NCBI GenBank assembly: GCA_964016885.1 | Contig: OZ024750.1 | Span: 42,222,001 to 42,286,000, forward strand | Source: Eledone cirrhosa | Taxonomy: Eukaryota | Length of the DNA: 64,000 nt | Reading direction: 5' to 3' | Part shown: in pieces, positions 12,011-23,966 of the stretch | How positions within the stretch are numbered: position 1 is the stretch's first letter | Layout of the letters: each line of letters begins with the position of its first letter | Program-made: the position numbers and the translations under genes | The notes under the pieces: generated by a model | The model's input: the letters and a program-made list of their open reading frames with translations, nothing else | Database searches by the model: none | What the model was told of the DNA's origin: nothing

Positions 12011-12779
12011 AATAAAGAATTCTTTCTGTTAACTTTTAGGGTTTTAAAAAAAAATTAATTTAAAATGTCCTCTACATATCTGTAGAAGCCTTATATATGC
12101 CTGTATGTTTTATGTATATTGCTTTTGAAAGCAAAAGTAATATATTTTCTAATCTATGTTTCAATTTGATTGACTTTAAACTCACCAATAGCTAGGATTG
12201 TCTTTGTAGTTTCAGTATTAGATGAAATTTAGCAGAAAAATAGACTTAGTTTTTTGTTTAAGCCTCAAAAATGAAGGAAAGTTTGTGAAGGTGTTTTTGA
12301 AATGGGATATTAATTGTTTTAGCATCGTTACAGTAAAATACAATAAAATGTTGAACCAATATTTATAACACGGTTCATTTATGCTAGCATGCATGTGTAA
12401 TACTTTAACCCTTTCATTTCAATATTTCTAAAAAAAAAAAGAAAAAGAAAAAACATCAATGAAAATGTTGCCTATGATTTTTCAATTAATTTTGAAAATA
12501 ATCAAGAATTTAGAAGGATTTAGTAAAATAACTTTCTCATTTTTAAGCTGATGTTTTGGAACATTACTTAAGAAATGTTCTTAAATAAAATTATGAAGGG
12601 AGGTTTTTAGATAAATAACAATTTAAAACCTGGTATTGTAGAATATTGGACGGTTTGTTATCTAAACAGTTAAATATTGTGGAAACTTTAAACAACATAT
12701 TTGTGTGTGTGTGTAGGGTGTGGGGGGGGGGGGGGGGAAGGCGGGTGTCACATTTTTTCTTTATTTTAATAAAACCTGC

Positions 12780-13162
12780 CTGTGTGCATGTATGTATATA
12801 TACACACACATACATATGTGTATGTACACACACACAAATGTGCATGTACACACACATATGTGCATGTACACACACATACGTGCATGTACGTACGAACATA
12901 CTCATATTGATATACACACACTTATATACACACACATACATACACACACATACACACACATACATACACACACATACATATACACATATATAAATTGTAC
13001 ACACATACACATGTATATACATGTACACACTTTCACACACACACACACACACACATACATATATGTCCAGTTTTCCAACACACACACACACACATACATA
13101 CATACATACATATATGTCCAGTTTTCCCAGTCTTGCATAGGTTGGAACCCCACACACACACA
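12780..13162. repeat. CA/TA-rich compound microsatellite
   Basis: cacacacatacata units. Confidence 0.9.
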
Positions 13163-13542
13163 TCTGTTCAATTTTATGGGAGTATAGGGAAGTAAAATTA
13201 TCCATGTGCATAGAGAGAGAAAAGTTTCTCAAAGCTTCTTATTGATTAAATTCATGTTTTATGCTGAACAATCATTAAAGGAAGACGAGAAATCTGTGAG
13301 TGGAGAGAAGAATTGAGAGGGAGGAATGTTAAATATGATATTTACTTCATTGGTGATCATATTTTAGCATTTTTGTATATTTCTTTCTACATGATTAGTC
13401 AATATACCTTCCAGCTGTGGAGGAGAAAGTTTTTGCAACTAGCTGCTTGTCTATTTTTAGTTTTAAACCGATCAGAGAAATTGTTAGTGGTCTGCTTGGA
13501 CAGTGGCCATTGAAGAACTAGGGGCTTATTTATTTAAATAAT

Positions 13543-13727
13543 TGTTTCTACTTTAGGCACAAGGCCAGCAATTACCCAGTGCATTACTGGTACTTTATTT
13601 TATCGACCCCGTAAGGATGAAAAGCAAAGTCAACCTCGGCGGGATTTGAACTCAGATCGTAAAGGGACGTAACTATGCTGGAAAGCATGGCGTCTGACCC
13701 TCTACCGATACTGCCAATCCACCGCCC
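13543..13727 (-). mobile_element. SINE family B, full length
   Basis: Complete head to tail; TSD taaataat on both sides. Confidence 0.92.
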
Positions 13728-14243
13728 TAAATAATGGATGTTAAGAAGCACAGCTGAAAATTTCTTTGAATTGTGGTCATCAATAGTTAAAGCAGGAAAG
13801 TAGTTTATCTTCAGATAGTAGCTATGGAATCTTAAACTTGGTGAATATTTGAAAAGTTGAGATCTCCAGGAATTTCTTATATTATTTATTTTTCATTAAT
13901 TGACTAACCTTTGTCTTCACATTTGAGGTTTTATTTTTAATATGAAAGAAATGGTTAACTTATCTGAGATAAAAATATTTAAACCTATTTGATACCAAAC
14001 TTCATGGCTCGCTGATACAAGACTTTATTTTGATCCTTTTGTTACCAATCTGGCCAAAACTGGCTCTGATTCTTTGAAATAAAATCACCCATTTTAAAAG
14101 TTTCCAATTTAAATTAAAAATCTTCCACATGGTGTCTACTATACTAAGTTGTTTATTTTAAAGTGTTCATATTCATCTCAAAACCTTCCATTGTAATTTT
14201 ATGTAGGAACCTTTAAGTTATGCTCCAAAGACTAGTTTAATAA

Positions 14244-14431
14244 TTGTTTCTACTTTTGGCACAAGACCATCAATTACCCAGTGCATTACTGGTGCTTTAT
14301 TTTATTGACCCCTTAAGGATGAAAGGCAAAGCTAACCTCGACAGGATTTGAACTCAGAACATAAAGGGCCATAACTCTATGCTGCAAAGCATGGTGTCTG
14401 ATGCTCTACCGATACTGCCAATCCACTGCCC
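14244..14431 (-). mobile_element. SINE family B, full length
   Basis: Complete; flanks share agtttaataat. Confidence 0.9.
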
Positions 14432-15664
14432 TAAATACCAGTTTAATAATGAGAAAGATAATTATTGCTACCAAAGTCCTCCAAATGTTTTATTATTTTG
14501 AAAAGGATTTGAAAATCATTGTCTAAGTGTTTCATTAGAAATATTGTAACAAAAGGAATGGTTTTGTTTTTTTATATTACCAAATGTTTTACTGCATTAG
14601 TTTTTTTTTTATTTACTTTTTATTATTATTTTTTAAAAAAGTATAACATTTTGGAATATTCTAATTGGAATATGGTAAATTTCTGAATTACTATAAATTT
14701 AGTTTTAGGAAAATAAAAACAAGAAAATAATTATTATTACTAAATTAATTATTTTTCTATTTGGTTACACTAATAGAAGCAATGTTTATATTAAGTAATA
14801 TATTTACTGCAGGACAGATTTCACTTGTCTTTTACTTAGGTATGCAATTTACAATCTTATCCGGTTTTCCAACATTAAAATTGATTTTGAAGTTCTCAGC
14901 AAAATTAAATGTGAAAAGTGATTTCTTTCTTGAAACTGTCAAAGTTCAGCTAAAACTTGATTGGAAACTAGAAAATATCTTTGCTTCATTTCAACAGTTG
15001 TCTTTCAGATTTACATTTTTTTTTTTCCATTTTGGTTTTGAGGTGTTTTTTGTTTTTTTTTTGCTGTTAATAATTTTCATTATTCACACAAATAAAGCCG
15101 AGATTGAAAAATTGAAATAGAAATGCAATTAAAAAGCAATATATCTTGCAATTTTCCAGTTGACAAAGACTAAATTATTGTAATTTGATTTCTAGAATTA
15201 AACATATTTGTTTTTTTTAAATATTTATTCTCATTCCATTACTTTTCCTCTTTTTATTACCTGATGTTCGGAGCATGTTTAACTTTTGTCTATATGGAAC
15301 ATTGAGAAATATGGAGCTGGTTTTTTACTATATTACAAGCATCATCATCATCATTTTTAATATATACTTGGTGTGGGGGATGGCTTCTGGCTATTAAAAA
15401 AACAAAAAAAAACAAAAAAACATTGCTTTGAAACATCCCATCCAACTCACGCTAGCATGTAAAAGTGGGTTTGTACATTAAAACAATGTTGTTGATGATG
15501 ATGATGGGAGAGTCTATCTTCAGACAAGTTGACTCTTGGAACAAAAGTTAAAATATTGAGACTAGACTTCTAGAAAAGTTTTAGTGTGTCAAACTTCTGT
15601 GATAATTAATGCCTGATAATGTAAAGTAGTGATTCCCAAATTTGTGTTGCAGGACTCCTAATGA

Positions 15665-15879
15665 TTAACCCTTTAGTGTTCAAACTGGCCAAAACTCTCT
15701 ACCTCTTTCTGTTGAAACTGGCTGTAACTGGTCGCTCAAACTGATGTTAAGGTATTGTTCTCAAAATAAATACTTTCAAAATCTCATAGATTCGATATTA
15801 TGTGAGATAATTATGTGAGGTAAAGCCTTTACTATGAAAATATAATAGTATATATAAAATAATGTGAATGCTGGGTTAA
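15665..15879 (+). mobile_element. MITE P1 copy
   Basis: TTAACCCTTTAG...GGGTTAA. Confidence 0.85.
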
Positions 15880-16204
15880 AGAAACATATTTATTGAGCTC
15901 ATCGTCATCATCATGATTTAACCTCCATTTTCTATTCTTGCTCCTATTAGTTGAGTTGTCATACTGAGGTTAAACTGGTCAGGTGACTAGATCTTGCTCA
16001 TATGTTCCATTTTTGGCTTGGTTTCTATGGCTGGATGTCCTTCTTAATGTCAACCACTTTATAATTATGTAATAGAAACATTTTATCATGACTTCAGCAC
16101 TACCTTACAGGTGGACTAGGTGCTTGATAAAGCTCTCCTATCTTTAATATGTCTGGCCCAAGTCTATCTTGGTCCACTTTTATTAAAGTTCTCCCATCTT
16201 TTCA

Positions 16205-16475
16205 ATCAGCACATCACATTACATATCTTATGTCACCTCACATATCATTACATCCCCCCACCATCACCCCATATTACATACCCCCACCAACACACCACAT
16301 TACATTCTCCCCACATTACATACCCCCCACCAACACACCACATTACATACCCTCACCACACCCCACATTACATACCCCCACCACCACACCACATTACATA
16401 CCCCCACCACCACACCACATTACATACCCCCACCACCTCACCACATTAAATCCCCTCACCATCACCTCATATTAA
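16205..16475. repeat. Degenerate C/A-rich minisatellite
   Basis: caccacattacatacccc units. Confidence 0.85.
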
Positions 16476-16599
16476 ATACACCCCCCCCCTCCACATTAGA
16501 GGCCCCCCCCCCCCCCCCATGTACTCCTCAATTCCTCAGTAGCCACTCTTTCAAGATCATTTGTTTATAACTCTGTATCATAATTTCACATAATACATT

Positions 16600-16825
16600 T
16601 AACTGGTTCGAAAATGTTGAGAAATTATGAAAGTGACTGGGTTAGAGGAAAGTGATGGAAATGAATGTGGAAGGAAGTAGAGGAAGACTAAGGAAGATAT
16701 GGCTAAAAATGGAGAAAGGAACAAAAGCTAGGGTTTAGGTGAGGCAGATGCAGCTAATCGAGTAAAATGGAGCACCCTCCTACCTTACTCCCTATTAACC
16801 TTTCCTTTAGCATAGAAAATGGCTT
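16600..16825 (+). mobile_element. Decayed RTE LINE 3' end
   Basis: Remnant reading ...VEGSRGRLRKIW... and ...DAANRVKW... Confidence 0.5.
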
Positions 16826-17063
16826 TAACCCTTTTGTTACCATATTTCTAATGAAAGACACTGCCTGTGACTGCCAATTAATTTTTTAAATAATTTTTTA
16901 GAATTTGGAGGAATTTAGTAATATTATTAATTTGGCCTTTAGAAAATAGTTTTTACAAAAAATTACAAGGGAAGGTTGAAATTTAAACTTGAACACTTTA
17001 AAAGATGGTTTTCCTTCACAGAACCAGGGTGGGTTTCAGGCTGGTCGGTATCAAAAGGGCTAA
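16825..17063 (+). mobile_element. piggyBac-like MITE family P2 (older)
   Basis: TTAACCCTTTTGTTACC...GGTATCAAAAGGGCTAA; related decayed pieces near 8100-8205, 12406-12640, 23590-23690, 33290-33490, 38336-38570, 62170-62370. Confidence 0.65.
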
Positions 17064-17177
17064 AATGTCTGGTGTTGTATACATACAACAGAGTCTAATG
17101 AAATAATTCTTGTCTGTTCTAGTTCTATAACCTGCTCTTTACCCCGTTTCACTGTGCAATGTCACACATGCACATTA

Positions 17178-18030
17178 TACAAGGGTCTGTGGAAAAAGTA
17201 CATAGCTAAAAATAAAATGCAGGGATTTTGATCTCAATGCACCTGTACTTTCTCGTACTAACGTATCATAACATGTTCTAACATGAACCCTTAAATGCAT
17301 GTTGCAATGCGGTGCCGCCATTCGGAAGTCAGCACTCGTTTGAGCAACATGGCTGCCATCAAATTCATGGTAAAGCTACGTTGGAAGAGCAGCCAAATCA
17401 TTGACGCTCTGGATGTGACCAACCAATGAGATGTGAGATTTTGGATGTGAGCAACCAATGAGATGTGAGATATTTGGATGAGAGCAAGCAATGAGATGTG
17501 AGATATTTGGATGTGAGCAACCAATGAGATGTGAGATATTTGGATGTGAGCAACCAATGAGATGTGAGATTTTGGATGTGAGCAACCAATGATATGCGAG
17601 ATATTTGGATGTGAGCAACCAATGAGATGTGAGATTTTGGATGTGAACAACCAATGAGATGCGAGATATTTGGATGTGAGCAACCAATGAGATGTGAGAT
17701 TTTGGATGTGAGCAACCAATGAGATGCGAGATATTTGGATGTGAGCAACCAATGAGATGTGAGATTTTGGATGTGAGCAACCAATGAGATGCGAGATATT
17801 TGGATGTGAGCAACCAATGAGATGTGAGATTTTGGATGTGAGCAACCAATGAGATGTGAGATGTTTGGATGAGAGCAAGCAATGAGATGTGAGATGTTTG
17901 GATGAGAGCAAGCAATGAGATGTGAGATTTTGGATGAGAGCAACCAATGAGGTGTGAGTGTATTTGGAAGTGAATAGACAACCATTTCTAGCAAGGAGGA
18001 AAAACTTGTAGTGGATGTAGTTAGAGAGTT
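17178..18030 (+). mobile_element. Mariner (Hsmar2/irritans-like) remnant interrupted by a minisatellite
   Basis: TA-caagggtctg..aaaaagt terminus; 17352-17412 encodes AAIKFMVKLRWKSSQIIDAL resembling the mariner transposase N-terminus; ...TISSKEEK... resumes after the array. Confidence 0.7.
17410..17962. repeat. Minisatellite ~32-34 bp (ttggatgtgagcaaccaatgagatgtgagatat)
   Basis: About 16-17 tandem copies. Confidence 0.95.
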
Positions 18031-18231
18031 AAATTTATTTATATATCTCAAGAATCTATTGCTGAATAAATAGGAAGAATTAAACTAACCATAATGTTGG
18101 AACCATTTCACAAGAGCAATGCAGTTTGATATCATTTCGATGCAATTAGATGCCATTGCATGCGCGTGCACACACACACACATGTATAATGTATATGTAT
18201 TTCTATGTATAATGAATATATATATAATGTA

Positions 18232-18560
18232 TGGAGGCACATGGCTTAGTGGTTAGAGCATTGGCTTTGCAATCGAAAGATTGTGAGTTCAATTCTCAGA
18301 CCAGGTGATGTGTTGTTTCCTTGATCAAGACACTTTATTTCACATTGGCTGTAGAGATGAGATGATAGGACTGGAGTCCCTATCATTCCACTGCAAAGTG
18401 GACGTGTAGGTGCCACGGCAAAAAAGCACCCAGCACTCACAGTAAATGAGGTTGGTGTTAGGAAGGGCATCCAGCTGTAGAAATCAAGCCAGAATCAGTT
18501 CCCATCCCACCCTTGCAAGCAGGGAAAAAGCGGATGTAAAATGAAATGATGATGAAATGA
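18232..18560 (+). mobile_element. SINE family A, full length
   Basis: tggaggcacatggcttagtgg head to gcggatgtaaaatgaaatgatg tail. Confidence 0.92.
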
Positions 18561-18617
18561 TATATATATATATATAATGTATATATATATGTATAATGTA
18601 TATATATATATACACAC

Positions 18618-18813
18618 AGGTATCCACAGTAAGTTGTGGGGTCTATTCTGCATGAAGAACTCGATGTAATCCATATGTTGAAAATGTTGTAGGTTAAGAT
18701 AAATCTCAGAAAACAATAAAACATTAAAAGGAAAACAGAGTGATGATATAAGTTAAAACAATGAAATAAAAAATCAATGACTTGATTTTTTATTTCATTG
18801 TTTTAACTTATAT
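18618..18813 (+). mobile_element. Deleted copy of the 22965-23240 element with a terminal 68-bp palindrome
   Basis: ctgcatgaagaactcgatgtaatccatatgttga matches the reverse complement near 23200; palindrome 18746-18813 centred on tgac. Confidence 0.7.
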
Positions 18814-18883
18814 ATGTATAATGTATATATATGTATTATGTATATGTATAATGTATATATATGTATATATATATAATGTATAT

Positions 18884-19163
18884 TTCATTTTACGTCCGCT
18901 TTTTCCCTGCTTGCAAGGGTGGGACGGGAACTGATTTTGGCTTGGTTTCTACAGCTGGATGCCCTTCCTAACATCAACCTCATTTACAGTGAGTGCTAGG
19001 TGCTTTTTTGCCGTGGCACCTGCACGACCACTTTGTAGTGGAATGATATGGACCCCAGTCCCTATCATCTCATTTCTACAGCTGAGTAAACTGGAGCAAT
19101 GTGAAATAAAGTGTCTTGCTCAAGGAAACAACACATCACCCGGTCTGAGAATTGAACTCGCAA
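18884..19163 (-). mobile_element. SINE family A
   Basis: Reverse complement of family A with short RTE tail; head segment re-duplicated at 19378-19463. Confidence 0.92.
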
Positions 19164-19657
19164 CCCTTCGATTGCAAGGCCAATATATATATATATAATG
19201 TATATATATATATAATGTATATATATGTATAATGTATATATATATGTATAATGTATATATGTATAATGTATATATATATGTATAATGTATATATATATGT
19301 ATAATGTATATATATATGTATAATGTATATGTATATATATATATATATATATGTATAATGTATATATATATATGTATAATGTGAAATAAAGTGTCTTGCT
19401 CAAGGAAACAACACATCACCCGGTCTGAGAATTGAACTCGCAACCCTTCGATTGCAAGGCCAACACACTGTAAATGTGGTTGGTGTTAGGAAGGGCATCC
19501 AACTGTAGAAAACCCGCCAGACAGTCCTATGCGAGCAAGACAACCACTCTTGCCTCAAGTGGGAAAACCCCCGTCCAAACCCATGCAAGCGTGGAACACG
19601 GACGCTAAACCTGATGATGATGATGATGATGATGATAATGTATATATATGTATAATG

Positions 19658-19688
<31 letters not shown>

Positions 19689-19691
19689 AAT

Positions 19692-19722
<31 letters not shown>

Positions 19723-20295
19723 ATGTATATATATATATATATATATATGTATAATGTATATATATGTATAATGTATATATATGTATAATGTATATATATG
19801 TATAATGTATATATATGTATAATGTATATATATGTATAATGTATATATATGTATAATGTATATATATGTATAATGTATATATATGTATAATGTATATACA
19901 TATATATATATATGTATAATGTATATACATATATATATATGTATAATGTATATATATATATATGTATAATGTGTATATATGTATAATGTATATATATATA
20001 TATATATATATGTATAATGTGTATATATATATGTATAATGTATATATATATATATATATATATGTATAATGTGTATATATATATGTATAATGTATATATA
20101 TATATATATATGTATAATGTATATATATATATGTATAATGTATATATATATATGTATATATATATATGTATAATGTATATATATATATGTATAATGTATA
20201 TATATATATGTATAATGTATATATATATATGTATAATGTATATATATATGTATATATATATATATGTATAATGTATATATATATATGTATATATG

Positions 20296-20328
<33 letters not shown>

Positions 20329-20361
20329 GTATATGTATATATGTATATGTATGTATGTATG

Positions 20362-20393
<32 letters not shown>

Positions 20394-20482
20394 TGTATAT
20401 ATATGTATGTATGTATAAATATGTATGTATATATATATACGTATGTATATATACATATATACATATGTATGTGTATATATAT
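19164..20482. repeat. Long compound (TA)n-TGTATAATG microsatellite with embedded SINE pieces
   Basis: tatatgtataatg units; SINE fragments at 19378-19635. Confidence 0.95.
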
Positions 20483-20880
20483 ATCATCATCATCATCGTT
20501 TAACGTCCATATTCCACGCTTGCATATCATCATCATCCTCGTTTGATGATGATGATGATGATACACATACATATGTGTGTATGTATACATATGTATGTGT
20601 GTATGTATACATATGTATGTGTGTATGTATACACACACACACACATTGAAAGTGGATAGACATTCTAGCTGTATTAAAGTGAGTTGGTCTTTTTAAAATT
20701 ATTGTTTCAAGCTTTGATATATCTATTTTAACACTTGAGTTCACAACAGAAATCCTAACCTCCTCTTATGTTGCTTTAACTTGGATGAAATGCTTGTTAA
20801 AAGTCAGACAAAACAGATCTCTAATTTACCCTAATTATTAAGAGAAAGCAAATTAATCTGATTGGATTTCTATTGTTTTT

Positions 20881-21083
20881 AATAATAATAATAATAATTG
20901 TTTCTACTTTAGGCACAAGGCCAGCAATTACCCAGTGCATTACTGGTACTTTATTTTATCGAACCCGTGAGGATGAAAGGCAAAGTCAACCTCGGCGGGA
21001 TTTGAACTCAGATTGTAAAGGGACGTAACTATGCTGGAAAGCATGGCGTCCGACCCTCTCCCGATACTGCCAATCCACCGCCC
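20881..21083 (-). mobile_element. SINE family B, full length
   Basis: Complete; flanked by (AAT)n on both sides. Confidence 0.92.
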
Positions 21084-21265
21084 TATATAATAATAATAAT
21101 AATAATACATTATATTCCTTCTATTAAAAACTGAGGAACACCCACACTTCAGATTTAGATGTCCTAATTTTGATTGCTTGATATATATATACATATATAT
21201 TTGTCCCAAGGCTCTGATACCATCAACACTATAAACACAGAGCTGGCATATCTAAGAACTGACTA

Positions 21266-21321
21266 ACTGCCTGATGAGGTCATAGCCATTCAATGGCTAT
21301 CATCAAAATATATATAGCAGT
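21266..21321 (+). ncRNA. Type I hammerhead ribozyme motif with core G-to-A change
   Basis: actgc-CTGATGA-ggt catagccatt c aatggctat c atc-AAAA-tatata-TA-gcagt; stems I and II pair; GAAA reads AAAA. Confidence 0.6.
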
Positions 21322-21362
21322 AAATAAAGGATTATGAGTTCATGCAATTGACTTATGTTTCG

Positions 21363-21414
<52 letters not shown>

Positions 21415-21419
<5 letters not shown>

Positions 21420-22676
21420 TTCAAGTTATCAATAATGTAGTGATAATATATCGTCACGTTAGAGATGAACAGCGTACGTGTAGGTTTGCTCAACGAGTAT
21501 AAATTATATTCCGGAGAAAATGTAGAAAAGATGAATATAAAATGAAAGTGCTTTTATAAAGGAATTTATTAGGTAGTGACATGTTTCTGTAACAGACGGA
21601 ATACCTATGTATCGCTGCTTGCGTAATCATATAATGTTAGCAAGTATTCGATAGCAAATGTATAATCAGTTGTCACTTCTTCAGAGATATTGGATAGATT
21701 GGAAAAAATCAGAAAAATTAAAGTATTTATATTAGTTGTAAGAAAGGAAGAAGAGAAGGGATAGTATATGACAGATGGCAATTCAATTTACTGGTAAACA
21801 AGCATATAGAAGGTTTTTAATGAGAATACAATGAGTATATGGCTTATTTTATCTAAATAAGAATTTTTGGGAGTGCCTATTTTAATCTATATTTGACCAA
21901 TTGAACAATGGACAGGGCTGGTCGTTTGGTGTAGTAGTATTAATACAGATATAAAGTGTCAAGTAAGGAAGAGAGAGATTTTCACTGTTACTGTATAACA
22001 ACAATGCTGGTAGCCTGCTGGTATATGCATTAGGGAATTGAATTAAGAAATCTCATTTTATCTATAGCAGTTTATATTAAATGGTAAAGAATAGAAGAGT
22101 TGATAGAATTAAGACTAATAGAGAATGTTAATATGTATTTTGACAATCAAACGGAGATGGAGACAGGCGTTCAATCCTGGTAGCATTTGTAATATGAAAA
22201 TGTAGTTTTCAAGCGATGGTTACAGTATAACGATCGCTCTATTCTGTTATTTAATAAAATATTTTTGGATTTCATAATACAAAATATTTCCATATTACAC
22301 AATTTACAAAATTCCTGTCCTTGGAAATATGCAGGTGTAGATGCTATTATATTCCATTTTAGGTTAAATTGTTGGTTATTTTCGCGCAGCTGTGAAGCCT
22401 TCTCTGCGAGTGTTGTAACATAATGCTGGTTTTCATGTTTTATCGAGTAACGATGTCTATAAAGGCGAGATTTGAAGGAGGTAGCTGTAGACCCCACATA
22501 GTACCAATTCTGGCTACCCGATTCGATAGTACATTTGTATATGATGTTGCGTTCAAGACACTGATTGTTCAACGGACACATTCCTGGTTGGACACAGTTA
22601 CAGTTATAATTATGCGTTGTTGTATTACCATGGATGGGTTGATGAGGTTGCTTAGGCAGGACGGGATGTTGTTTAA
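21415..22676 (-). mobile_element. Penelope-like element 3' fragment: GIY-YIG endonuclease (open frame ~22676-22171) plus 3' UTR
   Basis: NCNC....CPLNNQC...IIYKC...YYVGST..FKSRLYRH...LKWNII...CKLC..E...LLNNRIE...CNH; hammerhead-like motif in UTR; TA arrays at both ends. Confidence 0.88.
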
Positions 22677-22832
22677 TATATATATATATATTTAAGAGTT
22701 AAACAAGGTTCAATGAATACATCAAAGAATGAGTTTTACAATAGATTGGAAACACTCAACAGAAAATGTTTTCCAGAGTTATTAAATTTAATCTTAACCA
22801 TCTACTATGTCAGGGTATGTCATGTATCATTT

Positions 22833-22902
22833 TATTTTATCTGATGAGGAGGACGTACTGTTGAACTTAACTCAGTACCTCTGAAATATGTATAATAAAA
22901 TA
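22833..22902 (+). ncRNA. Minimal type I hammerhead ribozyme, intact core
   Basis: tattttat-CTGATGA-ggagg..gtactg/cagtac-ctct-GAAA-tatgta-TA-ataaaata; 8-bp stem I; predicted cleavage after 22894. Confidence 0.75.
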
Positions 22903-22964
22903 TAATTGATCACAAGAATATCTATTTTGTTAATATTTTGAATTATATATATATATATATATAT

Positions 22965-23238
22965 ATAATTAAGTTAAAACAATGAAATAAAAACTCAAGT
23001 CATTAGGAAAATACTTCACTGCTTTACGATCGTTTCTAGGTGATAATAATACATTGTACGCATATTTTGTTATCGATCTATGTAAGGTTAGTTACAAAAT
23101 ATCAGACAAGGAGAATATTTACCTACTTGTATATCATCAGCTGGTGTCAAAAGCAAAGGATTTATTTTAACCTACATTATCAACATATGGATTACATTGA
23201 GTTCTTCATGCAGATTAGACCCCATAGCTAACTGGATA

Positions 23239-23240
<2 letters not shown>
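22965..23240 (-). mobile_element. Probable Penelope-like terminal-repeat fragment with hammerhead-like motif
   Basis: Minus strand CTGATGA (23140-23134) ... GAAACGATCGTA (23036-23025); related copy at 18618-18813. Confidence 0.55.

Positions 23241-23242
<2 letters not shown>

Positions 23243-23318
<76 letters not shown>
23243..23318. repeat. (TG)n microsatellite
   Basis: About 38 units. Confidence 0.99.
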
Positions 23319-23319
<1 letters not shown>

Positions 23320-23322
<3 letters not shown>

Positions 23323-23559
23323 AAGTGGTCGTGTAGGTGTCATGACAAAAAGCCCCCAGTCCACACTGTAAAGTGGTCGTGTAGGTGTCATGACAAAAAG
23401 CACCCAGCCCACACTGTAAAGTGGTTGTGTAGGTGTCATGACAAAAAGCACCCACCCCACACTGTAAAGCAGTTGTGTAGGTGACACAACAAAAAAGCAC
23501 CCAGCCCACACTGTAAAGTGGTTGTGTAGGTGTCACGACAAAAAAGCACCCAGCCCACA
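23320..23559 (+). repeat. 48-bp tandem x5 derived from the SINE A internal repeat
   Basis: taaagtggtcgtgtaggtgtcatgacaaaaagcacccagcccacactg. Confidence 0.9.
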
Positions 23560-23763
23560 TAGGTTATATATGAGTATATATACTATATAAAAATGGAAGG
23601 TTTTTAGATAAATATAAATACTTCAAAATAAACAGTTTTGTATGTTAGAACCATGGTCAGTTTCAGGTGGTTTCGTATTAAAAGGGTTAACATGTTTGTT
23701 TAAAACTTCCCAACATAATTTCATGTAAGAATGTTCCAAACACCAACTTATTAGCAAGAAAGT

Positions 23764-23966
23764 TACCATATGCATTCAAATATCCGATCCGAATATAAGC
23801 CGACACTCTTATCTTATGCCTGAGAAATGGGCAAAACTCCGAACCCTATTTATAAACTGAGGCAGCTTATCAACACATTGTTTAGATGGTGTATATAAGC
23901 CAATCTCCCTTTTTGCTATCGATTTTTTGGTCACATATTCCTCAGCTTATATTCAAGTATACAGTA
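23764..23966. mobile_element. Tc1/mariner-superfamily (pogo/Tc2-like) MITE, decayed
   Basis: TA-ccatat...cgaatataagccg and cagcttatattcaagtatacag-TA inverted termini. Confidence 0.5.

Noticed and set aside
19400-20644. Long Y/I/H-rich ORFs (up to 414 aa)
   Set aside because: Translation of TA microsatellite
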